Origin: a virus
Lineage: Duplodnaviria > Caudoviricetes
DNA: 58,218 nt
Virus record (IMG/VR): IMGVR_UViG_3300043538_000065
Span: 1-58,218 of that record
Direction: 5' to 3' (one strand)
Shown here: positions 26,806-35,989 of the stretch, in pieces
Layout of the letters: every line of letters begins with the position of its first letter
How positions within the stretch are numbered: the first letter of the stretch is position 1
Translations under genes and position numbers: made by a program
Notes under the pieces: model-generated
What the model was told of the DNA's origin: nothing
Seen by the model: only the letters and a program-made list of their open reading frames with translations
Database searches by the model: none

Positions 26806-27732
26806 TCAACGCATTAGCGAAACAAATTGTGCAAAGGCTTCCGACGGACGAACCACGCCGTCCGCAATTCCGGCAGCGACCGCATCGATACCTCTGAAAC
26901 ACTCAGCTTCTGTCGCCAGAGCCGCGTCCTTCGTCAACCGCGCCCCGCGGTAGCGACCAACGGCCGCTGCAAATTGCTCACGGCCCGCATCGAGCCGCTT
27001 CTGAATGCGGGCGGTCGTATCATCCGACAGCGCGGCGAACGGATTGCCTTCGGCCTTGAGCTTGCCTGACGACAACACGGTGACCTTGATGCCATCCTTC
27101 TCGAGCTGCTTGGAGTAGTCGACATGCATGGTGACGACGCCGATATTCCCGGCGTTGCCATTCTCCGGCAACACGATGTAGCGGCATGCGGACGCCAGGA
27201 GATAGGCCGCTGAAAGCGAATTGTCCGTCAGGATGGCAAGCGTCGGCTTGACCTTTGAGAGTTCGTAGACCGCCTCTGCGAGATCGTAGACGCCAGAACT
27301 ATCGCCGCCGAAACTATCCTGCTCAAACACCACGCCGCGCACTGAATTGGATCTCGCCGCAGCAGCGACACGGGTTTGCAAGCCTTCGTACGAAGTACTG
27401 CCGGAATAGGCGCCGAGGTAACTTCCCTTGTGGACCAGCGTTCCCTCGACGGGGATAACGGCGACATTCTCTACCCTGAACAGGGTATCGTCGGCGGCGT
27501 AGCCGTTCTGCTGTAGCCTCCGCATCAGCGGGTCACCGAGCCGCCCCATTTCATCGGATGCCCTGCCACTGGCAAAGGCGATGTGATCAATAGGCGCGCC
27601 GCCGCCGGACAATTCAACGCCGCCGTCGACAATGCGGCCGCCAATCCCCATCAGGATCGCTGCGGCCTTGCCGGGGTCTATCATCAGCGTCGAGTTGAAA
27701 ACCCGCGCCGCGATCTCAGGACGCAGGATCAT
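26806..27732 (-). CDS. Capsid maturation protease, S49 family (gpC-like)
   Basis: GTLVHKG, TSYEGL, DSFGG, SAAYLLAS. Confidence 0.93.
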   Translation of the reverse strand: MILRPEIAARVFNSTLMIDPGKAAAILMGIGGRIVDGGVELSGGGAPIDHIAFASGRASDEMGRLGDPLMRRLQQNGYAADDTLFRVENVAVIPVEGTLVHKGSYLGAYSGSTSYEGLQTRVAAAARSNSVRGVVFEQDSFGGDSSGVYDLAEAVYELSKVKPTLAILTDNSLSAAYLLASACRYIVLPENGNAGNIGVVTMHVDYSKQLEKDGIKVTVLSSGKLKAEGNPFAALSDDTTARIQKRLDAGREQFAAAVGRYRGARLTKDAALATEAECFRGIDAVAAGIADGVVRPSEAFAQFVSLMR

Positions 27733-29363
27733 TGACCGGGCCTCTTGTCGGCTGCGGCATCGGCCGCAGCATCATTGCCGGCGTCACTCGGATCGGGCAG
27801 GAGCCCGGATCCTGCCGAAAGTGTCCGGGTCAAACCGCGATCCTTCAGCATCGCTTCTTCGCGCGCAATCTGATCGAGCGTTTCCTCGAGATCGCCGCCC
27901 TGGTCGGCACATTCCGTCTCGAGCGTCGCGGTCATGTTTCCCATGCGCAGCCCCGCGCCCTGCGCTTCCTTGACCGGGTCGACATAACCACGGCCGGGAC
28001 CTATCCATCGCCCGCGCAGATAAGCGCCGGGCATGTCCCAGAAATCCGGAAGGCCTTTCGGAGCGACAATGTAACCTCGATCGAAGGCTTCTTCGATCAC
28101 GGCAAGGCGAATTGGATCCGCGACCTGCTCGGTAAAGGCGGAGAAGATCGTCATAATGTGCCGCCAGACCTCATTCAGGGCCGCGCGAGCCGACGAATAG
28201 TTGACCATCGACCAATCCATCGACAACTGCTCATAGGAAACGCCAAGCGCCGCGGCGATCGACTGCAGGAACGCGGACTGGAACTTCGGAAAGGAGACGG
28301 TGCTACGCGTCGCATTATTGATCTGGATCTCATCGCCAACCGGCATCACTGGAATCCGGACGCCGTTGAGCATCGCCGGAAACTTCTCGTAATGGTCGAG
28401 CCGCTTATCGGCGTAGGTCAGCGTCTGTGGTGTAAACGCCTGGTTGACGGCATCGACCGGCAGCGACGACTTGACGAAGGCCGCGAACAGTGCATTCACC
28501 ATCGCGGATGCCAGTTCGGTATCGGCGAACTTGCCGATCATTCGCATGCGCTGCATCAGCGCCGCGAACGGCGTGATGGCACGGGCCTGATCTTCGCGAT
28601 CGGGCTCGAAGCCATGGATGAAAACCGGCCTGCCCCAGCTCGTGCTGCGCGGGATCCTCGTCCAGGTCAGCGCATTCGGACGGATATCATACCAGTCGCT
28701 CGGATGGCCGTTGCGGACGTGATAGGCTATCGGCTCGCCATCATCGTCGAACTCGACGCCGGCGCGCATCGTCGCCGTTGTGGCGGCGCCATTTGGTTGC
28801 GAAAGGCGATCGGGATCGATGGCGCGGACGCAGGTGGAATAGCGGCCGCGATTTTTCCAGCCGAGAGAGGCTGTCGTCTCACCGTTGATGACCCATGTCC
28901 GGCACAGCAGCCGGAACATCCCGTTCATCGAAAGCCGTCGCTGCGCGTCGCAGCGACGCAACGGATCATTGGCGAAGGTACGCCATTCGGCTTCCATCGC
29001 TTCGCCAAGCTCACGGGCTATCTTCGCGTCTTTCTTTTTCGACGGGCTCAAGCCGAGCGCCCGCATGTCGGGCTTCGAGGAAGAACGAAGGCCAGCACCG
29101 ATCAGCATGTCGACCAGTTTTGCGACGCCGGCCACGGCGTGCGGATCGTTGCGCACCAGGTCGCGGACCCGCGCAATCGAAAGATCGCGGTTCGGAAGGA
29201 TGGCAGCATCGGCCGATGCGCTGAACGGCCGCCATGCGGCCATTTCCTGCGAATGATAAGACCCGGACCTGTACGCCGTCGGCCAAAACGCTTCGGCGCG
29301 GATGCCGGCGATGTAGGACGCCGGCACCGGCGTGCCGCTAGGATCGAGGACCGCAGTCGTCAT
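27729..29363 (-). CDS. Portal protein, lambda family
   Basis: RDLVRND, GVSYEQLSMD..VNYSSAR, YVDPVKE. Confidence 0.96.
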   Translation of the reverse strand: MTTAVLDPSGTPVPASYIAGIRAEAFWPTAYRSGSYHSQEMAAWRPFSASADAAILPNRDLSIARVRDLVRNDPHAVAGVAKLVDMLIGAGLRSSSKPDMRALGLSPSKKKDAKIARELGEAMEAEWRTFANDPLRRCDAQRRLSMNGMFRLLCRTWVINGETTASLGWKNRGRYSTCVRAIDPDRLSQPNGAATTATMRAGVEFDDDGEPIAYHVRNGHPSDWYDIRPNALTWTRIPRSTSWGRPVFIHGFEPDREDQARAITPFAALMQRMRMIGKFADTELASAMVNALFAAFVKSSLPVDAVNQAFTPQTLTYADKRLDHYEKFPAMLNGVRIPVMPVGDEIQINNATRSTVSFPKFQSAFLQSIAAALGVSYEQLSMDWSMVNYSSARAALNEVWRHIMTIFSAFTEQVADPIRLAVIEEAFDRGYIVAPKGLPDFWDMPGAYLRGRWIGPGRGYVDPVKEAQGAGLRMGNMTATLETECADQGGDLEETLDQIAREEAMLKDRGLTRTLSAGSGLLPDPSDAGNDAAADAAADKRPGQ

Positions 29364-29381
29364 GCTGTTTCAGGTTTCCGG

Positions 29382-29597
29382 TTAAAAGATAAAACCGACG
29401 GCGCCGCGCGGCGATCGTCCGGCAACCTTCGCCTCGAGCTCGGCAATGTAGGCATCCAGCCTGTCGGCATTCGCCGCCGTGAACTTGGTTCGCTGCTGGC
29501 CTCCGGCGCCGCCGAAGTCGCATTCGACAATGCCCTGCCCCATCAGCAACTGATGGCGCGCTACGCGGGCGGCATCGAGCATCTCCTGGTCGGTCAT
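29382..29597 (-). CDS. gpW-like head completion protein
   Basis: A.HQLLMG...L.AYIAELE; between terminase and portal. Confidence 0.85.
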   Translation of the reverse strand: MTDQEMLDAARVARHQLLMGQGIVECDFGGAGGQQRTKFTAANADRLDAYIAELEAKVAGRSPRGAVGFIF

Positions 29598-29599
29598 GA

Positions 29600-29800
29600 T
29601 CAGAAGCGCCTCAACCCAACCGCTGCGATGTCTTCATCTTCAAGAGCGCTCAGAATGTCGCGTTGGTATTGCGGAACCAACTGATCGTAAGGGGTGTGAA
29701 ACACCGCCGCTATCTGGCGCAGGTTTTTTCTCTGAAACTGCTCAAACAGCAGATCAGTTGGCCCGGGTGTTTGCGGTTTTCGTATCGTGCGATCATCCAT
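29600..29800 (-). CDS. Small hypothetical protein resembling a portal segment
   Basis: 66 aa ORF tightly packed between terL and gpW. Confidence 0.55.
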   Translation of the reverse strand: MDDRTIRKPQTPGPTDLLFEQFQRKNLRQIAAVFHTPYDQLVPQYQRDILSALEDEDIAAVGLRRF

Positions 29801-29803
29801 CTC

Positions 29804-31834
29804 TCAAATCCCCCGGTTCATTTCCGCAAGCCGCGCCCATGGATCGTCTTTCGGCACTTCGATCGGTATCTCGCCCGTCACCATGTCGGCTCCGCGCTGG
29901 AACGCGCGCGGCGTGAACAGATCCGGCGTGCGCAGGTCTTCCGGAATGCCGCGCTCGGCAGCAAGCCGGGCCCAATCGTCCGAGGTGAAGCTCGCGAAGT
30001 ACGCATCGAGCGAGGCCATGTTGTAGATGCGGCAATCCAGCCAGTGATTGTCGGCGCCAGCGCGCACGGTCCACACTTGCAGCTTGCGCTTCTTCTTGCC
30101 CTTGCCGGTCTTTTCGTCGGCAAGGAATTCCGACGTGATCTGCTTGAAGTAGGCTTCGTCCAGAAAGTTTCCGAAGTGGCAATAGCCCATCGGATAGACC
30201 AGGCTGGAGCCTTCCGCCTTCGCCACTAGGGCGAGATAGGTGTAGAACGTGCTCTTCAGCGGCCAAGTGCCGACGAAGCGGACGGTTGCGCCGCCCTTCA
30301 TCACCTTGCCGCGGTAGTCGATATCTTGCGGCGCAGCCGCGCTCAGTGGCGGGCGGCCCCATCCGTCGCGCCCGATGACGGCTTGTGTACCCGCATGCAG
30401 TCGTGTCCAAGTCTTGACCGCGCCGGCGTTGTAGTTGGAATCGACCGAAAACGTATCGTGCCTTCGCAACTGGCCGTAAGCATCGGGCCAGGTCCGGTGA
30501 TACAGCTTGGTCAACTCAAGAAACGCGCCGCCGTCATGATCTGTCGTCGCGCCGTCGATATAACCGTAGTCGACAACCCAGCTCTCGCGATTTGGCGCGA
30601 CCGCTAGGCCCTCCCAATAGATGCCGCGCTTCTGCACGTCGGAAGCCATCGCGTATAGCAGCGCGCCCGGCGGAATGTGACCACGTCGATAATCCTCGCG
30701 GCGCTCGAACAGCCGCATGTGGTCCGGCGCATCGCCGCGGAAACGATAGGCGAGACCCATTTTCAGGGTCGAGTAGTCTTTTTTCGCGGTCTCGCTCTTG
30801 CGCGAGCCGAGCCAATCTTCCGCGAGCGCCTCATACGACATCATCAGCGAGATGAAAGCGTCGATATGAAAGCCCGGCTGGCGTCTTAAGTCGTCGAGAA
30901 CGCTTGCGATCCACTTTCCGGCGCGGACCGCGTCGACACGCTCGGTTTCGGTGACATTGTGACCGCAGTCGCAGCGATAGACCGAGCGATGCGGGTGTTT
31001 TTCATCGATCAGGAAGTTGTCGAAGCGATGGACGAAGCGTTTTAGGCATTCCGGGCACAGACAATTCCAAAACCGCTGATCGGAACGCTCGAACTTCAGC
31101 GTAATCCGGCAGTGTCCCTCGGTGTCTCCGCTCGGATCGCCGGTATCGACCTCCGGCGTCGAGATATTCAGGATCTTGAAGTTCTTCCGACGTCGGAACG
31201 CCGTGAAGCGCCCTTTGAACAGCGTATCCGGATCGCCAAAGCCCGGAATATTCTGCCATTTGGAGAATTCGTCGCGAATTCCCTTCTTGGCTGTCTTGCC
31301 GCTCATATCCATCACGGAATGAGCGTTGGCGAGCCATAGCCGGCCGCCTGCGAATACTTTTTCTGTCGTGGTCGAGCCCGCCATCTGGCGGGCCAGCGGA
31401 TAGATCACCGGCGGTTTGTTGCCGCCGATGCCGTCGCGCCTGGTATGCTTCTGCCAGGCGTCGATCAGCGGCTGAAGTTTGGCGTTGTTGATGTCCCGAA
31501 GGAACTCGATTCCGGGACATGCGTACAACGTATTGGCAGGCTCGCAGTCGGCGATGAACAAACCCCACGCCAATGCGAGGATCGACGCGCCGGATTGCTC
31601 CGATTTGCGGATGCTGACCTCAGTGCAGGGATGATCGTCCCCAAGACACTCGGCAATCTCGCGCAGGTAGGGGGCGCCGTCGGCGCTCCACAACTCGCCC
31701 GCGTTGGGACCGTCGATCAGCTTGATGTTTTTCGGCAACCAGTCGACGAAACCGACTTCTTCCCGCGGCGACAGCGATGCATCGAAGACCGCCGCAAGCC
31801 TGTCATACGCCGTTTGTTTGAACTGGATCGTCAT
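29804..31834 (-). CDS. Terminase large subunit (GpA family)
   Basis: PYLREI, KSEQSGAS Walker A variant, DE, ISTP, SDQR, DVQ, NHWLDC. Confidence 0.96.
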   Translation of the reverse strand: MTIQFKQTAYDRLAAVFDASLSPREEVGFVDWLPKNIKLIDGPNAGELWSADGAPYLREIAECLGDDHPCTEVSIRKSEQSGASILALAWGLFIADCEPANTLYACPGIEFLRDINNAKLQPLIDAWQKHTRRDGIGGNKPPVIYPLARQMAGSTTTEKVFAGGRLWLANAHSVMDMSGKTAKKGIRDEFSKWQNIPGFGDPDTLFKGRFTAFRRRKNFKILNISTPEVDTGDPSGDTEGHCRITLKFERSDQRFWNCLCPECLKRFVHRFDNFLIDEKHPHRSVYRCDCGHNVTETERVDAVRAGKWIASVLDDLRRQPGFHIDAFISLMMSYEALAEDWLGSRKSETAKKDYSTLKMGLAYRFRGDAPDHMRLFERREDYRRGHIPPGALLYAMASDVQKRGIYWEGLAVAPNRESWVVDYGYIDGATTDHDGGAFLELTKLYHRTWPDAYGQLRRHDTFSVDSNYNAGAVKTWTRLHAGTQAVIGRDGWGRPPLSAAAPQDIDYRGKVMKGGATVRFVGTWPLKSTFYTYLALVAKAEGSSLVYPMGYCHFGNFLDEAYFKQITSEFLADEKTGKGKKKRKLQVWTVRAGADNHWLDCRIYNMASLDAYFASFTSDDWARLAAERGIPEDLRTPDLFTPRAFQRGADMVTGEIPIEVPKDDPWARLAEMNRGI

Positions 31835-32468
31835 CGGACAGCAAATCGGCCTGCAGCATGGGTACGCCGCTCGCGTTTGAGGCGGCGCGGGCGCGAGCGG
31901 CGATGGCCATGTCTTTCATCGCCGTCACGATCGCGACCCGCTGCGTCCTGGCGATCCGCTTCAGTGCCGCGCGCATGCCGTTCTCGCCTTCCTTGATCGC
32001 GACCGCGGTCAAATCGGAATCCCGCGCCAGCAAACCATCCACGATATCGCCGATGCGGCTGGCGGCATCTTCGGCCAGTGGATCGAAGTCGGCGACGGCA
32101 AGCAGGTTGCCCCGCGCGCGCTCGAGGTCGATGAACTTCAGGTCCGCCGCATAAGCCTTGTCGCGCGTCTGTTCGTCGCGAAGCCTGCCGTCCGGCAACT
32201 TCGGCGAGATGGTGGTGTCTGCCCTATCGGCAGCCTTTGTGGCTGCGCCCTGCTCTCTCGCCCCGTCGCCGACCTCGCCGATCGCGGTATCGTATTGCGC
32301 AAGGTTGATAAGCTTCTGTTTTCCAGCACCCGGCTTTGTGGTCAGCCTGCCTTCCGAGACCAGTCGCGTTACCTTTTCCGAGATCGTCGACTTGCCGACG
32401 CCCTTCTTTTCGGCCAATTCCGTGACCGAAAGCCACAGCCCATCGTCAAGTTCGGTGTGTTCGGCCAT
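31803..32468 (-). CDS. Terminase small subunit (Nu1-like)
   Basis: N-terminal HTH; ERARGNL motif; precedes terL. Confidence 0.85.
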   Translation of the reverse strand: MAEHTELDDGLWLSVTELAEKKGVGKSTISEKVTRLVSEGRLTTKPGAGKQKLINLAQYDTAIGEVGDGAREQGAATKAADRADTTISPKLPDGRLRDEQTRDKAYAADLKFIDLERARGNLLAVADFDPLAEDAASRIGDIVDGLLARDSDLTAVAIKEGENGMRAALKRIARTQRVAIVTAMKDMAIAARARAASNASGVPMLQADLLSDDDPVQTNGV

Positions 32469-32519
32469 GTGCTGTTCGGGTGTTCGGCATGTTCGGTCAG
32501 TTTCAAAACCCGTCCAACT

Positions 32520-32573
32520 GGAAAACCCCGGCGAGCATTTATGCCCGTGGTGAAAGGGCGCGGGGAAGGACCC
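32520..32573 (-). other. Lambda-like cos site: cosQ GGGTCCT and candidate 12-nt cohesive end GGCATAAATGCT
   Basis: GGGTCCT-N18-ACG|GGCATAAATGCT|CGCCGGGGTTTTC parallels lambda cosQ/cosN; upstream of terS. Confidence 0.75.
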
Positions 32574-32599
32574 GCTCAGTTCCAGCTGTTGCCCTTCGG

Positions 32600-33175
32600 T
32601 CAGTGGCCGCGCAGGGTGTCGTTAATGGCCCGCTCGACCTGGAGCGGAAGATCGGTCGTCACCATGGCGTCGAAGGCTGCAAGCGTCCGGCCCTGCAACA
32701 TCTCCGTCGGGATGTAGACGCCGCTCCGCCCGCCCTCGATCGGCAAACGGCCCTTGCCCCTGCGCACGAAGACGTTGCCGTCCATTCCCTTGCCTTTGCC
32801 GCGACTGTCCAAGCGAACGCGCTTGGGAAAGCGGCCGGCTTTCATGAACGTGTGGGGTACAACGATCCGCTTGCCGAGCGGTGCAGCACTCACACCCGAC
32901 CGGGTCTCTCGCGCCTTGAAGAAGCGCAGGTTGATGTTGCCGCCACGCGTCTTGAGGGCAAAGCTTAAGTTCCGCTCGCTGGCGCGATAGGACTTCACCG
33001 CGCGCTTGATCGTCTTGCGGGGCAGTCCGGTTTGGTCCGTCAACGCCCGCACGACCTGTGTGACGGCTTTCGCGCCTGTCCGGTTGAGCGCCCGCATCGC
33101 TACCTTGGGCATCGCCCGCCGAAGGTCCACTAGGCGCTCAATCTGCTCAATATTCAGCGAACGGCCGAAATTCAT
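32600..33175 (-). CDS. Lambda gpZ-like minor tail protein
   Basis: RALNRTG..A.T; basic; VFVRRGK.RLPI. Confidence 0.8.
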   Translation of the reverse strand: MNFGRSLNIEQIERLVDLRRAMPKVAMRALNRTGAKAVTQVVRALTDQTGLPRKTIKRAVKSYRASERNLSFALKTRGGNINLRFFKARETRSGVSAAPLGKRIVVPHTFMKAGRFPKRVRLDSRGKGKGMDGNVFVRRGKGRLPIEGGRSGVYIPTEMLQGRTLAAFDAMVTTDLPLQVERAINDTLRGH

Positions 33176-33360
33176 CTTCGCATCCCAAGCCCGGCGGTCC
33201 TGCGAACCAAAGCCAGCCTTGTGCGCGCCTGGAACGCAACATCCTCAATCAAGCTACGGGCAACGAAGCGAACGCTCTCGGTTACGGCGCCGGAATCACC
33301 GCGCCCAACAGCCGACGCGGCGCGCTTCAAGGCAAGCTGGCGTTCAGCACATCGGCACAT
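33172..33360 (-). CDS. Small hypothetical protein (MCRCAER...)
   Basis: ATGA-coupled to gpZ-like gene. Confidence 0.45.
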   Translation of the reverse strand: MCRCAERQLALKRAASAVGRGDSGAVTESVRFVARSLIEDVAFQARTRLALVRRTAGLGMRR

Positions 33361-33373
33361 CGAGGAAAATCCG

Positions 33374-33449
33374 AAAAGGGCCGGCCCGCCTGCGGAGAGC
33401 GTCAACAAGCGGGCGGCCCAAGTCTAGGGAGGAAACGCCCAAAGAGGGC
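33374..33449 (-). ncRNA. MmgR/suhB (alpha-r8)-like small RNA
   Basis: GCCCTCTTTGGGCGTTTCCTCCCTAGACTTGGGCCG followed by terminator hairpin and T run. Confidence 0.7.
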
Positions 33450-33496
33450 TAAGGCTGCGATAGCGCCGACGCGCTACCGCATACCTATAGACATGC

Positions 33497-33525
33497 AAAA
33501 GCCCCGGGCGATGCCGGGGCTTTTT
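33497..33525. terminator. Bidirectional intrinsic terminator in late leader
   Basis: AAAAGCCCCGG-N6-CCGGGGCTTTTT. Confidence 0.75.
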
Positions 33526-33608
33526 GGGCACATTGTTGGCTTCGTGAAGCGAGGTCTTTCTCGCTCCGGTCCGCCAGTCTGTTCCTCTCACTCCCTTTCG
33601 GGCGAGTA

Positions 33609-34286
33609 CTAAGCGGCTAATTGCAACGCATTACGCAGTGTCTGATTCCGTCCCTCCTCGTCAAGCTTAATCAGACTGTCTTGGAAGGCTGACCAAGACC
33701 TGCATGCAACGACCTCGTTGTTCCGCTCCCACTCGGCGCGCGCTAACTCATAGGCCCGCTTCTGCTTGTGGGTCAATCGGCCCTTTTTCGGCGGAGCGAT
33801 TTCTTCCGGGATCATCACTGCAGGCAAAGGGCGCTCACGGTTTTCCACAGCTCTTATCTGATCAATCATGGCGTCGCTGATCACGGCGGGCCGTTTCCTT
33901 CCCCCGGCAGTGTCCACGTACATAATCCGCGACACGCCTGGAATGCTTTCGATTCGACGCTTATGCGCGAGAATGTCCCAGACAAAAACGAAGATGTAGC
34001 CCCGGAACATCAGCCGTGTGACGTCGACCCCACGGCCGCGGCGGATGATGGTTTCTTCGGTCTCGGGCACGAACATGCCAAAGCGCCGGGCTACCAGATG
34101 CGCGGCGGCCGTCCGTTCGCTGTTCGGATGTGCTTCGATCACATGCCATTGCGGCACGGCGCCGGCCACAATTTCAGCCAAACGCTGATTGCCCGGCGTG
34201 TAATCCACGATATCGCCGATGGCAAGATCGCCTCGAAGAGCCGACCGTACCTGTTCCAAATTCCCTTTTTCCACTGCCATCAGCAT
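33609..34286 (-). CDS. NusG-family (RfaH/LoaP-like) late antiterminator
   Basis: WHVI...PNSE..AA.HL, LMFRGYIFV, IPGVSRI; occupies the Q position. Confidence 0.88.
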   Translation of the reverse strand: MLMAVEKGNLEQVRSALRGDLAIGDIVDYTPGNQRLAEIVAGAVPQWHVIEAHPNSERTAAAHLVARRFGMFVPETEETIIRRGRGVDVTRLMFRGYIFVFVWDILAHKRRIESIPGVSRIMYVDTAGGRKRPAVISDAMIDQIRAVENRERPLPAVMIPEEIAPPKKGRLTHKQKRAYELARAEWERNNEVVACRSWSAFQDSLIKLDEEGRNQTLRNALQLAA

Positions 34287-34311
34287 GTTCCCTCACCCTC
34301 TCCCCGTTCTG

Positions 34312-35103
34312 TCACTTGAAATCTTCCTGTAGGTCTTGATCGGTCATCAGCGGAGGGCCGGTTTCGGCCGTGTAGATTTTGCCCTCGATCGAGGGCGGCC
34401 ACGGCCAAGGCGCGCGGGATCCTTCGACCAAGTGGAGCCGCACCAATCCCGGATCGAAGAACTTGCTTAGGAAGCCGCCCTTCCCGTCCCAAGCGCCCGC
34501 CTGTTGCCGGGTCAGGTGGACCCACGTCTCGGTTGGTGGGGCTTGTGCGAGCGCCGCCAGTTGCTCTGTCACTTGCTTGGTGTAAGTGACCGAACCATCG
34601 CCGCGCCTGAAGATGGTGAAGAATGCCGAGGTGCGACCGACGATGTCATGCAGCACCCGGATCGCCTTCGCTTCAGGGCTGTCGATCGCGTAGACCGGCC
34701 GCGGTTCGGTTTCGCCCCGCTCGGCGATCTGCTTTTCAACGCGCTTTTTCCGTGCAGCATCTTCGCGCCGTGGCGAGACGCGATCTTCGCACGCGTCATA
34801 GACTTCCTTGACCGTCGGCAGGAAATCGCACTTGATCGGCAGGCCTTTGACCGGATGCGTCACGTCGCGGATCACGTCGCGCGGGTATCGCGACAACACG
34901 GCCGTGATCGCGGCGACGTAGGTATCCGGATCGTTGGCGTCACCCTTTCGGTAGCATCCGAACAGGAGGCGCGAGCGCTCCGCTGCGTATTTCTTCAGAA
35001 CCGCCGGGTCCGGTTCCGTCGTCGTCGAACCGTCTGAGGGCGTCGACGAGACGGTCAGCGGCTTGAATGATGTTTCCTTGTCCTTGCTGTCCTGATCGTC
35101 CAT
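34312..35103 (-). CDS. Replication-associated protein (possible helicase loader)
   Basis: Follows and overlaps initiator; start uncertain. Confidence 0.65.
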   Translation of the reverse strand: MDDQDSKDKETSFKPLTVSSTPSDGSTTTEPDPAVLKKYAAERSRLLFGCYRKGDANDPDTYVAAITAVLSRYPRDVIRDVTHPVKGLPIKCDFLPTVKEVYDACEDRVSPRREDAARKKRVEKQIAERGETEPRPVYAIDSPEAKAIRVLHDIVGRTSAFFTIFRRGDGSVTYTKQVTEQLAALAQAPPTETWVHLTRQQAGAWDGKGGFLSKFFDPGLVRLHLVEGSRAPWPWPPSIEGKIYTAETGPPLMTDQDLQEDFK

Positions 35104-35908
35104 TGCGGTTCACCGTGAGTTGTTCCGCTTCCCGGACCTGTACGACCGGGAGCGGCGCCTGCCGTTTGGCAAAGGCGGTTGCGAAGACTTTTTCGAAATA
35201 CGAGATCGGCTTGAACGGCCGATCGGGTGCGAACTTGCGGGTTTCCGCTTCGATCATGTCGGGAGGCCAGCCCTCGCGTTCCCACATCGTGGCGCGGTAA
35301 TCGATTCCGGCAAACTCGGGCGGGATTTGCAGAGGACCGTCGAAGCCGAGCGCTTTCCAGAACACGGATGCGAGCGTCCTTGACCCTGCGGTGAACATCG
35401 TCACGGGTCGCGCGCGCGCATCTCCTCTACCATCCGGTTCAACTGACGGTTCATTATGGGGGTTGCCGCAGTGATACCCCCGGGGCGTCACATCTGCACT
35501 CCCTGGGGTGCTGATCTGATCAGGGGGGGGTGCTACCTGACACCCCCCTTCCCCCCCGTCATCGTCGGCGGATTCACCGTCAGTTTCGGGCGTTTCGCAG
35601 GCCTTTAAGGCCCGCGTCCGACGCATGACTTCATCGGGCGTCAGGGCCAAGTCCAGCCTTATTTCATCGGTCGTCTGCGAGCCATCCTCGCGGTACCGCT
35701 CGAACACGCCGACGACGCGCAGATCAACGAGAAGCTTCATGCGCCGGTTGATCGTGGCCCGCGATTGCGAGCTTTTCGACGCGATCAGGTCGCGCGATGG
35801 CCATGCAATGCCGTCATCGTCGGCATTGTCGGCGATCGCCAGCAACGCGATCTTGGCCCGCGGCTCCAACGGCAGGCCGAACGCCCATGTCATCGCCTTA
35901 ATGCTCAA
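34940..35908 (-). CDS. Replication initiator with N-terminal winged HTH
   Basis: AKIALLAIADNADDDGIAWPSR..IA; TTG start. Confidence 0.85.
   Translation of the reverse strand: MSIKAMTWAFGLPLEPRAKIALLAIADNADDDGIAWPSRDLIASKSSQSRATINRRMKLLVDLRVVGVFERYREDGSQTTDEIRLDLALTPDEVMRRTRALKACETPETDGESADDDGGEGGCQVAPPPDQISTPGSADVTPRGYHCGNPHNEPSVEPDGRGDARARPVTMFTAGSRTLASVFWKALGFDGPLQIPPEFAGIDYRATMWEREGWPPDMIEAETRKFAPDRPFKPISYFEKVFATAFAKRQAPLPVVQVREAEQLTVNRNGRSGQQGQGNIIQAADRLVDALRRFDDDGTGPGGSEEIRSGALAPPVRMLPKG
35458..35557. promoter_or_regulatory. Putative replication origin iterons within initiator gene
   Basis: Four ~22-bp units beginning GGGG, three ending in CCC(C), in the low-complexity linker. Confidence 0.55.
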
Positions 35909-35989
35909 ACCGCACCGGAATTGTACGCTTTAGGGGTTGACTACTATGAATAGTCATAATAGGTTACCTCCATAAAGCAGGGGTTTCAG

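Noticed and set aside
27732-29684. 650-aa plus-strand ORF
   Set aside because: Antisense shadow of the portal gene; no coupling to any plus-strand operon and no motifs
32458-32496. GTTC repeats as alphaproteobacterial LexA box
   Set aside because: Spacings are 11, 4 and 5 nt rather than 7; better explained as cos-associated repeats
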